In this document: piece after piece, positions 1-7,935 of the stretch
Numbering within the stretch: position 1 is the first letter of the stretch
Layout: every line of letters begins with the position of its first letter
Notes under the pieces: generated by a model
Database searches by the model: none
What the model was told of the DNA's origin: nothing
What the model saw: only the letters and a program-made list of their open reading frames with translations
Program-made: the position numbers and the translations under genes
Source of the DNA: Okeania sp.
GTDB taxonomy: Bacteria > Cyanobacteriota > Cyanobacteriia > Cyanobacteriales > Microcoleaceae
NCBI RefSeq assembly: GCF_035285525.1
Contig: NZ_JAYKGW010000079.1
Location: 1-16,794, forward strand
Length of the DNA stretch: 16,794 nt
Direction of reading: 5' to 3'

Positions 1-301
1 TAACACTTGACTACAGTTATTAACTTTTGTCTTGGCTTCTTGAAATTCCAATAAACAATAGTTTGATATTTGCTTTCTAAACTATCTTACACTAATTGTC
101 TAAATATTTCACTTATTTCATCAAATTTTTAAGACAATAATCTCAGAATAGTGGTTTATTAAATTAAACAATCATCTATATAATATGTAATATTAGCATT
201 CAGCAATTAACTATCAACTATTAACCAGTTTAGTTGAATGGCCATTTAATATAGTTACAGCTATAAATTACTCTAGTCCCTGGAAATTAAATACTTATAG
301 A

Positions 302-745
302 ATGAAGTTAACTACTCGTGGACATTATAGTGTTAAGGCACTATTAGATTTAAGTTTACAAAAAAGTAATACTCCAGTATCTGTCAAAGAAATAGGATTA
401 CGTCAAGGTATACCCATAGCCTATCTAGAAAAGTTACTAATAGAGATGCGTCGTGCAGGTTTAGTTGTCTCATTTCGTGGCGCTCAAGGTGGATATAAAC
501 TAGCTAAATTACCAGGTAAAATATCTTTAGGAGAAATACTAGAATCTGTTGGGGAAAAAATCGAACCTATACTTAGATATGCTCCCAATACTAACCACGC
601 AGAAGACTGGGTTACTCATTGTATTTGGCTTATGATCAATAAAAAACTTTCTGAAGCTCTTTACAATATTTCCCTAGAAGACTTATACTATGATGTCCGT
701 AGTTGGCAAGCTGCAGTAGGAGAAGAAACAAGTTTTGTGGTTTAG
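302..745 (+). CDS. Rrf2-family winged-helix transcriptional regulator
   Basis: 147-aa ORF. N-terminus MKLTTRGHYSVKALLDLS and the RGAQGGYKLAK segment are typical of Rrf2/IscR/CymR-type regulators. Only one Cys in the whole protein. Confidence 0.85.
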   Translation: MKLTTRGHYSVKALLDLSLQKSNTPVSVKEIGLRQGIPIAYLEKLLIEMRRAGLVVSFRGAQGGYKLAKLPGKISLGEILESVGEKIEPILRYAPNTNHAEDWVTHCIWLMINKKLSEALYNISLEDLYYDVRSWQAAVGEETSFVV

Positions 746-1381
746 TTTCTGATAGTTTAAGTAGTGAGTATTTAGTAGTCAGCTATTAACTATAAGTGTA
801 ACCATTCAGCAGTCAGCAGCTATCAGAAGAGTGCTTTTAGCCCCTGATAAAAGCTTGATTAATTGAGCCAGAATAATCTTACTATAAAAGGCAGTTCACT
901 TAACATTAGAGAGTCCATATTCATTGAAATTATGTCCTTAAGTACGGGTTCTCTTTGCTGTTAACGAAGTTCCTCCGGAGGAGGTTGGCTGACCGCTAAT
1001 AGCTGAATGCTTACCAACTTCAACTACTCTTTTTCATACTTCAATTCTCTGGTTGAAAATATGCCATGAGTTAATAGATAATGAAAACTAAGCGCCTCAA
1101 CAGAATTATAGTAAGCATTTCTTGTAGAATACTGCACAAACAGCTATTAAATATTAGCTATTCCTGTGTAATGCTACCCAAACAGATATATAATATCCAA
1201 TTTTAAAGACTTACTATAAATGAATATGGCCTTGAAAATCAGCTTTTCTAGCAAGAATTAATTTACCTCAATTAAATCTTGCTTTCATCTAAAACTAAAA
1301 TAAATACCTGAGAGTTGATGTCTGACGTGCAGAATGCTTAGGAATTATTAACTCAAAAAAATTTATAATTTTTCAATTTCT

Positions 1382-2422
1382 GTGACCCATAACTATACCT
1401 TCATTATTGTTTTTATAGCTGCTTGCCTAGATTATTTGATAGGCGATCCTTGGAGTTGGCCACATCCAGTAAAAGTCATGGGTTGGATAATTACTCATTA
1501 CACTCAACTGGTTTTTCAACTTAATAAAAATTATGAAGAAAACCTCCCGGCAGTTATATTAAGATTGGCAGGTATATTACTGGCGATCGCTCTGGTTTTG
1601 GGTAGTGGAATTATTAGTTGGTTAATTGTTCAAGCTATACGAATAAATTTTGCTCAATTTCCTTTATTAGTAGTAATATTAGAAAGTATTCTATTAGCTA
1701 GCTGTTTTGCTGGTAAAAGTCTAAATATTGCAGCCAAAGATGTGGTTCAACCTGTTATAAATGGTGATTTAATTGAAGCACGTCAAAAATTAAGTTTATA
1801 TGTAGGTAGAGATACAGAAAATTTATCAATTTCAGAAATATTTCGGGCAGTTTTGGAAACAGTCACAGAAAATGCTACAGATGGAGTAATAGCACCATTG
1901 TTTTACGCTTTAGTAGGAGCGATGATACCTCATGTAGGTAGTGTACCTTTGGCTTTTGCTTACAAAGCTGCCAGTACATTAGACTCAATGGTAGGTTACA
2001 AAGAAGCACCCTATACCCATCTAGGATGGTTTAGTGCTAAACTAGACGACGTTTTAACATGGCTGCCTTGTAGATTAAATGTACTGACTATAGCATTTCT
2101 CTCTCGCAAACCTCTAAATGTTTGGAGAATATGTCAAAGGGATGCAGTGAAAGACTCAAGTCCTAATTCTGGTTGGAGTGAGTGCGCTTATGCAGCAGCA
2201 TTGGGGGTGCAGATGGGTGGTACAAATTCTTATAAGGGGATAGTTAAAGATAAACCGTTATTGGGAGATGCTATTGATCCTATTACCCTAGAAACTATTG
2301 ATAGAGCTTTGAGTTTAACCCGGTACTGTTTTTTAATATGGTTAGGATTGTTTTTTATCTGTTATAGCAGTTTTTTAATTTATGAAGTAAAGTTTTATAT
2401 CCCCCCTTACCCCCCTTTGTAA
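1382..2422 (+). CDS. cobD: Cobalamin biosynthesis protein CobD/CbiB (adenosylcobinamide-phosphate synthase)
   Basis: 346-aa polytopic membrane ORF with CobD/CbiB hallmarks: LDYLIGDPWSWPHPVKVMG near the N-terminus and SPNSGWSECAYAAALGVQMGG. GTG start as in the ORF track, so the exact start is uncertain. The last codons (YIPPYPPL) lie in a C-run repeat. Confidence 0.85.
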   Translation: MTHNYTFIIVFIAACLDYLIGDPWSWPHPVKVMGWIITHYTQLVFQLNKNYEENLPAVILRLAGILLAIALVLGSGIISWLIVQAIRINFAQFPLLVVILESILLASCFAGKSLNIAAKDVVQPVINGDLIEARQKLSLYVGRDTENLSISEIFRAVLETVTENATDGVIAPLFYALVGAMIPHVGSVPLAFAYKAASTLDSMVGYKEAPYTHLGWFSAKLDDVLTWLPCRLNVLTIAFLSRKPLNVWRICQRDAVKDSSPNSGWSECAYAAALGVQMGGTNSYKGIVKDKPLLGDAIDPITLETIDRALSLTRYCFLIWLGLFFICYSSFLIYEVKFYIPPYPPL

Positions 2423-2775
2423 GCTATCCATTACCCACATAATTATTTACAATATTGAAAGCCTTATTAGTTAATGGTTTCGAGATTTAAAAATAGCAGA
2501 TTCTTGACTTTTACTAGCATCTATGGTGCCTACCTGATACCGTGCTTTCCGACCTTCCTGATGGTTAATCCCTGCTTTGAGAAATGTTAAGAAAGATGTG
2601 GGTAAAGCATAGCTTTATAAGGGGAGGCAACAAAAAGTCCCCCTTTCTAAGGGGGATTTAGGGGGATTGTAAATATACTTCATAACTATGAGAGTTGCTA
2701 TAGTAGTGGTTGAATAAATAGACTTCTCCCAAGATGAAAATAAAATCAATTCTTATTCATAAATTATCAATTATC

Positions 2776-2944
2776 AGGACTAAAGCCATGAGAAACGGAA
2801 TTTTCTTGGTTTGAGATTGCTATCCTGACGGACTGCTTCACATTTTCTGATGTCATGCTGCGCTTTCCATGTCGCGGAGCGAAACGCTGTCGCTGGCGCT
2901 GCGAGTCGCGCCATGACAAAAATACGTTATGTTGCGTAAGTCCT
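2776..2944 (+). mobile_element. MITE-like element, copy A (about 169 bp), ends AGGACTAAAGCC ... TGCGTAAGTCCT
   Basis: Inverted-repeat-like ends. The internal 118 bp (2811-2928) is the reverse complement of 9871-9987 with about 7 mismatches/indels by eye. GC-rich core GCGCTTTCCATGTCGCGGAGCG. No coding capacity. Confidence 0.55.
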
Positions 2945-2952
2945 AAATTATT

Positions 2953-3041
2953 AGGACTTAGGCATTAACGCTATCCGTAGGGTGCCTTAGTGGCAGGATC
3001 CCAGACCGATACTCTATATCTAGTGTATTTGCGTAAGTCCT
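2953..3041. mobile_element. Short MITE-like element (about 89 bp), AGGACTTAGGCA ... TGCGTAAGTCCT
   Basis: Terminal inverted repeats. Its interior (ACGCTATCCGTAGGGTGC, TAGATATAGAGT) matches the ends of the element at 9547-9724 in inverse orientation. Confidence 0.5.
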
Positions 3042-3063
3042 GATTATATTATGTCTGTTGCGA

Positions 3064-3098
3064 GATACTGATAACTGATAACTGATAACTGATAACTG
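3064..3098 (+). repeat. Heptamer tandem repeat (STRR-like), GATACTG then (ATAACTG)x4
   Basis: Perfect period-7 array read directly. The next unit would begin with the ATG of pyrR at 3099. Confidence 0.85.
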
Positions 3099-3629
3099 AT
3101 GAGTAATATAGTAGAAATTTTATCCCCAGAGGAGTTACGACGAACTGTTAATCGTTTAGCTTCTCAAATAATTGAAAAGTCGAGAGATTTATCTCAAGTG
3201 GTATTATTGGGTATTCATACCAGAGGCGTGCCACTAGCAAAAATTTTGGCAAGTCAAATTGAATTACTTGAACAAGTGAAAGTACCTGTAGGAGCATTGG
3301 ATATTACTTTTTATCGTGATGACTTAGATCAAGTAGGAATGCGAACACCAGCTAAAACACACATTCCTGTAGATATTACTGGTAAGGTTGTGGTGTTAGT
3401 TGATGATGTGATTTATAAAGGTCGCACGGTAAGAGCTGCTTTGAATGCAGTTGTGGAGTATGGTCGCCCAGAAGTGATTAGATTGGTTGTGTTGGTGGAT
3501 AGAGGTCATCGGGAGTTACCTATTCATCCAGATTTTACAGGTAAAAAGTTACCTACTGCTCAAGAAGAGGAAGTGAAGGTCTATTTCCAGGATATTGATG
3601 GTAGGGATGGGGTGGAGGTATTTAGATAG
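3099..3629 (+). CDS. pyrR: PyrR, bifunctional pyrimidine regulatory protein / uracil phosphoribosyltransferase
   Basis: 176 aa. Type I PRTase PRPP-binding loop [19 protein letters not shown]-terminal [11 protein letters not shown] and C-terminal [12 protein letters not shown] are typical of PyrR. Confidence 0.9.
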   Translation: MSNIVEILSPEELRRTVNRLASQIIEKSRDLSQVVLLGIHTRGVPLAKILASQIELLEQVKVPVGALDITFYRDDLDQVGMRTPAKTHIPVDITGKVVVLVDDVIYKGRTVRAALNAVVEYGRPEVIRLVVLVDRGHRELPIHPDFTGKKLPTAQEEEVKVYFQDIDGRDGVEVFR

Positions 3630-3631
3630 AT

Positions 3632-3663
3632 AGGTGTGGGAGGTGTGGGGAGGTGTGGGTGTG
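3632..3663 (+). repeat. Short tandem repeat AGGTGTGGG(G) x3
   Basis: aggtgtggg aggtgtgggg aggtgtgggtgtg lies immediately after the pyrR stop (TAG 3627-3629). Confidence 0.7.
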
Positions 3664-4008
3664 ATATCAAATTCACTCTTTATGAACTACATCGCCATAA
3701 CTAGGGCTGGCTTATTAAAAATGAAAGCCTTTACAGATAAACTTTTTAGCGTTTTTAGGTAGGTCAAAAGTACCAGCTTTTCAGTCTTGAAAGCTAAAAA
3801 ATCTAGGATTTACGGTTCCCGAAAAATCAGCTAATTATGGGAGAAAATCCAGGGATAATTCTTTCTATAATTCCCCTGAATCCTGGATTGCAGGATTGCT
3901 GGATTCTGACTCCTCCCCCTACCAATTATACTTTCCATACGCAAACCCTAACTAAAATGCAACGTCCCTACTTTGAGGATAGGAATAGACATCTCTAATA
4001 ATAAAAAC

Positions 4009-4111
4009 AGGACTTACACGGGAGCAATCCGGTTTCTAGGAGAAATCCTGGTTTTGAACAGTAAACGTCTAGGCTCGTACCGGGTTTCTGGGTTCCCGTG
4101 GCTTTAGTCCT
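4009..4111. mobile_element. MITE-like element (about 103 bp), AGGACTTACACG ... GGCTTTAGTCCT
   Basis: Inverted termini. The right 41 bp (4071-4111) is the reverse complement of 13909-13949. Contains CCGGTTTCT / ACCGGGTTTCTGG motifs shared with other copies. Confidence 0.5.
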
Positions 4112-4253
4112 GATACAAAAATCATCAATTCTGTTTCTCTGCTCCCTACTCCCTTGAAAAAAGTACTTAAATAACTTAAAACCTACTTAAATTTCTGATA
4201 TTATTGATACAATTTTTAAAATATAAAAATTTTTGAAAAAAAGTAAACATTTT

Positions 4254-4295
4254 GTAAAATTAGCTACGAAAAATTTATTTTTCTTCGTTTAAATT
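4254..4295 (+). promoter_or_regulatory. Candidate NtcA-activated (class II) promoter of the nirA operon
   Basis: tGTA-AAATTAGC-TACg (GTA 4254-4256, TAC 4265-4267) fits GTA-N8-TAC. Exactly 22 nt downstream lies TAAATT (4290-4295), which fits the TAN3T -10 box. It is the only perfect GTA-N8-TAC I found between pyrR and nirA. Confidence 0.55.
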
Positions 4296-4437
4296 ACTGA
4301 ACAACAAATTTAAAAAAAATAGCTAGACAAATGGTGGTGGTGCATCATGTTTTTTTGGGATCAAGATAATATTTGGATATTATGGCTGCTGTGCCGAATG
4401 CTGTTCATTTCCATCTACCATTGTTTTAGCATTGTTC

Positions 4438-4518
4438 AGGACTTACGCAGAGACATCATATATAGCATTGAAAAACTTTAGATATATAGTGTTTCTAACT
4501 CAAAAATGGGTAAGTTCT
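4438..4518. mobile_element. Short MITE-like element (about 81 bp) inside the nirA leader
   Basis: AGGACTTACGCAGAGACATCATATATAG ... ATATATAGTG ... TGGGTAAGTTCT. Same termini and internal TATATAG motif as 2953-3041 and 9547-9724. Confidence 0.45.
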
Positions 4519-4875
4519 GATTTTCATATCTAAATATAGATATGGTCATAATAAATTTAATCTTTTAAAAAGTTTTTATCCAGCTTTGTATCAATACAAG
4601 ATAATTTTATCTAGTTTTGTATACTGGGTTTGTTTCTCATTTATGATATTTTAGGTAAGTATAATTTCCCAAAATATTTATATTAATTCCTGACTTTGGC
4701 AATGTTATATGTAAGCATTCAGCCATCAGGAAAAGGAGGAGTTTAAATAAAATATACAGCTTTTGTAGTTAAGATTTAATTCTGACTCAATTAGTAATAA
4801 ACAAAAAAATAGACCTAATTTTTTAGATATTGAAATTAGAGATAAAAAATCTGTAAATTGAAGGAAAAATTATAG

Positions 4876-6414
4876 ATGACAGGCAGTGTAGACAGCCAAA
4901 CCCCAAAAAGCAAACTGAATAAGTTTGAGAAATTTAAAGCTGAAAAAGATGGTTTGGCAGTACAAACAGAACTAGAACATTTTGCCAAAATAGGTTGGGA
5001 AGCAATAGACAAAACAGACCTTGAACACAGACTCAAATGGTTGGGTATATTCTTTCGACCTGTTACTCCGGGGAAATTTATGTTACGGATGCGGATGCCC
5101 AGTGGTTTTATTACCAGTGAACAAATGCGTGTCTTAGCAGAAACAGTCGAACGCTGTGATGAAGGTAATGCCGACATTACAACTAGACAAAACTTACAAC
5201 TGCGGGGAATAAAAATAGAGGATATTCCAGATATCTTTAATAAATTTGAAAAAGTTGGTTTAACCAGTGTTCAGTCTGGGATGGATAATGTCAGAAATAT
5301 TACAGCTTCCCCAGTGGCTGGCATTGATGCTAACGAGCTCTATGACACCCGTGAGTTAGTTAAGCAAGTCCAAGACATGATTACTGACAATGGTAAAGGT
5401 AACTCAGAGTTTACTAATTTACCACGAAAGTTCAATATAGCGATCGCTGGTTGTCCTGATAATTCCGTCCACGCAGAAATTAATGATATTGCCTTTGTTC
5501 CCGCCTACAAAAATGATAAATTTGGTTTTAATGTTTTGGTAGGAGGCTTTTTCTCATCCAAACGCTGCGAATCTGCCATACCTCTAAATTCTTGGGTAGA
5601 ACCAAGTCAAGTCGTTGGTCTTTGTCGAGCTATCTTGGAAGTATATCGGGATAACGGACTCCGGGAAAATCGGCAAAAATCAAGGTTAATGTGGCTCATT
5701 GATGAATGGGGACTAGAAAAGTTCCGGTTAGAAGTTGAGCAAAAACTGGGGCAAACTTTGGAACCAGAAGCTCCCAAAGACGAAATTATTTGGGAAAAAC
5801 GAGACCACATTGGTGTTTACAAACAAAAACAACCAGGGTTAAACTATGTGGGATTAAATGTTCCTGTCGGTAGATTTTATGCTCCCGATATGTTTGATAT
5901 CGCTCGTTTAGCAGAAGATTATGGGAATGGAGAAATTCGTCTGACAGTTGAACAGAATGTTATTATTCCTAATATTCCTGACTCTCGACTAGAAGCATTT
6001 CTAACTGAACCCATCCTTGAAAAATTTTCTATCGATCCTGAACCATTAACGAGAGCTGTAGTTTCTTGTACTGGGGCGCAATTTTGTAAATTTGCCATCA
6101 TTGAAACTAAAAATCGTGCTTTAGCAATAGCTAAAGAATTAGAAGCAGAACTATCAATACCAAAACCAGTACGTTTTCATTGGACTGGTTGTCCTAATTC
6201 TTGCGGACAACCCCAGGTGGCAGAAATTGGTTTGATGGGTACGAAAGCTCGTAAAGATGGAAAAGCGGTTGATGGTGTTGACTTGTACATGGGTGGTAAA
6301 GTTGGTAAGGATGCTCAACTTGGTACTTGTGTACAAAAAGGTATTCCTTGCGAAGACCTGAAACCAATATTGCGGAATTTGTTAATTGAAAATTTTGCTG
6401 CTCAACCAAAGTAA
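4876..6414 (+). CDS. nirA: Ferredoxin-nitrite reductase
   Basis: 512 aa. Sulfite/nitrite reductase siroheme-[4Fe-4S] Cys motifs SCTGAQFC (C-x5-C) and TGCPNSCGQ (C-x3-C). AAGGA Shine-Dalgarno about 10 nt upstream. Followed by a nitrate/nitrite permease gene. Confidence 0.92.
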   Translation: MTGSVDSQTPKSKLNKFEKFKAEKDGLAVQTELEHFAKIGWEAIDKTDLEHRLKWLGIFFRPVTPGKFMLRMRMPSGFITSEQMRVLAETVERCDEGNADITTRQNLQLRGIKIEDIPDIFNKFEKVGLTSVQSGMDNVRNITASPVAGIDANELYDTRELVKQVQDMITDNGKGNSEFTNLPRKFNIAIAGCPDNSVHAEINDIAFVPAYKNDKFGFNVLVGGFFSSKRCESAIPLNSWVEPSQVVGLCRAILEVYRDNGLRENRQKSRLMWLIDEWGLEKFRLEVEQKLGQTLEPEAPKDEIIWEKRDHIGVYKQKQPGLNYVGLNVPVGRFYAPDMFDIARLAEDYGNGEIRLTVEQNVIIPNIPDSRLEAFLTEPILEKFSIDPEPLTRAVVSCTGAQFCKFAIIETKNRALAIAKELEAELSIPKPVRFHWTGCPNSCGQPQVAEIGLMGTKARKDGKAVDGVDLYMGGKVGKDAQLGTCVQKGIPCEDLKPILRNLLIENFAAQPK

Positions 6415-6435
6415 ATCAGTTATCAGTTAACAGTT
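6415..6435 (+). repeat. Heptamer repeat ATCAGTT ATCAGTT AACAGTT
   Basis: Begins one nucleotide after the nirA stop (TAA 6412-6414). It is the reverse complement of the ATAACTG family seen in front of pyrR. Confidence 0.75.
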
Positions 6436-6462
6436 AGCCTCCTACGGAGGAACTGCCTTATT

Positions 6463-6490
6463 GTAGTGGTTTGGTCTCCAAACCCTCTAC
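6463..6490. repeat. Palindromic element GTAGTGGTTTGG-TCT-CCAAACCCTCTAC
   Basis: Hairpin with one bulge. Flanked by direct repeats CTACGGAGGAACTGC at 6442-6456 and 6498-6512. Confidence 0.7.
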
Positions 6491-6553
6491 TAGCATTCTA
6501 CGGAGGAACTGCGTTAACACTTATCAGTAACTTTGGCTAAACCCATCAATATT

Positions 6554-6581
6554 GTGGGGGTTTGGTCTCCAAACCCTCTAC
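6554..6581. repeat. Palindromic element GTGGGGGTTTGG-TCT-CCAAACCCTCTAC
   Basis: Same family as 6463-6490. Followed by a degenerate tail CCAATACTAAAATTGAT. Confidence 0.7.
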
Positions 6582-6609
6582 CCAATACTAAAATTGATTT
6601 TTACCGATC

Positions 6610-6701
6610 GGGACTTACGCATGAGGTACGAAAAACATGGGTTTGAGATTGGTTCCCGACCGTCGTATCGGACGAAAATACGTTGCAGTTGCGTAAGTCC
6701 T
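6610..6701. mobile_element. MITE-like element (about 92 bp), GGGACTTACGCA ... TGCGTAAGTCCT
   Basis: 12-nt terminal inverted repeats. The interior (TTTGAGATTGGTTCCCGACC ... AAAATACGTT) looks like an internally deleted relative of copy A (2776-2944). Confidence 0.55.
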
Positions 6702-6823
6702 GATAGTGCTTAAAACTATTGCGCAATAGTTTATAAGTACCTTTTCGTAAGTCCTGCTGATTTTTTTTTATTCGCACTAAAAGCAAGAAACCGGGTTTCT
6801 GGGTAAGTTACAATGTCTGTAAA

Positions 6824-6976
6824 GGGTTGGGAGACCAAACCCCTACAGCATTTAATTTTACCGATACTACCGAATTTTATCACCAGGAGAATATTGTTGG
6901 TAAGGGTTGGGAGACCAAACCCCTACAGCATTTAATTCTACCCATACTACCGAATTTGATAAGCAGGAGAATATTA
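6824..6976 (+). repeat. Tandem duplication, 80-bp period x2: palindrome + tail + AGGAGA
   Basis: Both units read GGGTTGGGAGACCAAACCCCTACAGCATTTAATT(T/C)TACC(G/C)ATACTACCGAATTT..CAGGAGAATATT, at 6824-6903 and again from 6904. The AGGAGA of unit 2 (6965-6970) is the Shine-Dalgarno for the ATG at 6980. Confidence 0.85.
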
Positions 6977-6979
6977 ACA

Positions 6980-7636
6980 ATGTCTACTACAGTCAATGCC
7001 TCAAATGATACAGTCAATTCTTCAGATACTGCTTCTGAAACTGCCTTGTCTTTAGGTATGAAAATCATATCTGTTATGGGATTAACATTATTTACTGGCT
7101 CTTATGTTACCAGTTGGCAGCGTTCTCTAGCAGAATATGCTAAGGAACAACAAGGTGAAACTATTGTTGCTACATCTGATGTTTCGTCACCAACTGCCAC
7201 AAAAACTCCAGAAGTTGGTACTACCGGAGAAGTTGATACTACTGGAGAAGTTGCTCTGGTAGTAGCAGAAGAAACTATCGTAGTTCCAGAAACTCCAGTA
7301 ATACCAAAAATTACTGATTCCGATATCCTCAATAAATTAAAGACTTCACTTTACAATAAAATAGACACAAATTGGAAACAATATCCTACGTTTTCAGAAA
7401 ATCTAGTCTATCAAGTCACAACGAATGCTGCTGGAGATATTGCTAAATATCAGCACATCAATGAAGCAGCTTCTAAATACATATCAGAAACTCCTTTACC
7501 ACAATTGACTGGTTTTAGCACTACTGATGTAGAAGAAAATGCTAGGGAACCAATTGCAGAATTTTTGGTGGTACTGACTCCCAATGGTGTCATTCAAGTT
7601 AATCAATGGGTGACAGTAGAGGAAGTAGAAGAGTAG
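6980..7636 (+). CDS. Hypothetical single-pass membrane protein (218 aa) between nirA and nrtP
   Basis: ATG at 6980 with AGGAGA 9 nt upstream. One hydrophobic helix (MKIISVMGLTLFTGSYVTSW), a T/E/V/P-rich linker with an 18-bp tandem repeat (GTTGEV DTTGEV), and a C-terminal domain of about 110 aa. No family recognised. The ORF-track start at 6827 lies in repeat DNA and is rejected. Confidence 0.6.
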   Translation: MSTTVNASNDTVNSSDTASETALSLGMKIISVMGLTLFTGSYVTSWQRSLAEYAKEQQGETIVATSDVSSPTATKTPEVGTTGEVDTTGEVALVVAEETIVVPETPVIPKITDSDILNKLKTSLYNKIDTNWKQYPTFSENLVYQVTTNAAGDIAKYQHINEAASKYISETPLPQLTGFSTTDVEENAREPIAEFLVVLTPNGVIQVNQWVTVEEVEE

Positions 7637-7846
7637 GGGAGAAAGATTGTGGTTGGGTTACTCCTGCACAGAAGCAAGCTACGTTTCATGCTACGCAACC
7701 CTAAGAGGAACAACCCAACCTACCCGCCAAAAAATAATAAATTTATTGGCTCATAGCTTCAGTCATATCAAAGATGACTAATATCAAATCCGCTGGCTTT
7801 GGAGAATAAGGTTTCTACCATGAGTATTGGGGAAAATTCTTAGTTT

Positions 7847-7900
7847 GTGGAGGGTTTGGAGACCAAACCCCTACAGCGTTAAATTCTACCAAATTTGATA
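7847..7900 (+). repeat. Palindromic element + tail upstream of nrtP
   Basis: GTGGAGGGTTTGG-AGA-CCAAACCCCTAC followed by AGCGTTAAATTCTACCAAATTTGATA. Same family as 6824 and 9460. Confidence 0.7.
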
Positions 7901-7935
7901 TAAATTTTCTATCTAAAATAACTAATAACTGAATT

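Noticed and set aside
746-1381. Possible cobalamin riboswitch upstream of cobD
   Set aside because: I could not find a B12-box-like core or the conserved GGGAA/GGTG/GCCACTG-type segments. The spacer contains dispersed-repeat fragments (for example GTTAACGAAGTTCCTCCGGAGGA, the inverse of the 6442/6498 repeat). A covariance-model scan would be decisive.
2423-3098. PyrR-binding attenuator or other regulatory RNA upstream of pyrR; possible transposase relic at 2470-2620
   Set aside because: No UCCAGAGAGG-type PyrR loop was seen. All frames on the minus strand of 2470-2640 are interrupted by stops within about 25 codons. The rest of the spacer is MITE-like sequence.
4347-4481. 44-codon small ORF in the nirA leader (MFFWDQDNIWILWLLCRMLFISIYHCFSIVQDLRRDIIYSIEKL), a possible hydrophobic leader peptide
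   Set aside because: It has no Shine-Dalgarno, and its last third (from 4438) is supplied by a MITE-like element. It cannot be distinguished from a chance ORF without conservation or ribosome-profiling data. Only worth a look if the leader is studied.
4587-4632. Alternative NtcA sites near nirA (TTGTATCAATACAA at 4587-4600; GTATACTGGGTTTG at 4619-4632)
   Set aside because: The first has only a 4-nt gap between GTA and TAC. The second lacks the TAC half-site. Neither fits GTA-N8-TAC.
4836-6409. Minus-strand ORFs 4836..5177, 5607..5810, 5919..6101, 6154..6336 and 6194..6409
   Set aside because: They are antisense shadow ORFs inside the well-supported nirA CDS. They have no ribosome-binding sites and their composition is low-complexity.
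6601-6786. 61-aa minus-strand ORF
   Set aside because: It lies entirely within MITE-like elements (6610-6701 and adjacent fragments), so it is a repeat-derived open frame.
6827-6979. N-terminal 51 codons of the ORF-track call 6827..7636
   Set aside because: This stretch is encoded entirely by the 80-bp tandem repeat/palindrome family. It has no ribosome-binding site, whereas the internal ATG at 6980 has AGGAGA at the right spacing.
6880-7332. Minus-strand ORFs 6880..7068 and 7102..7332
   Set aside because: They are antisense to the 6980..7636 ORF or to repeat DNA, and no supporting signals are present.
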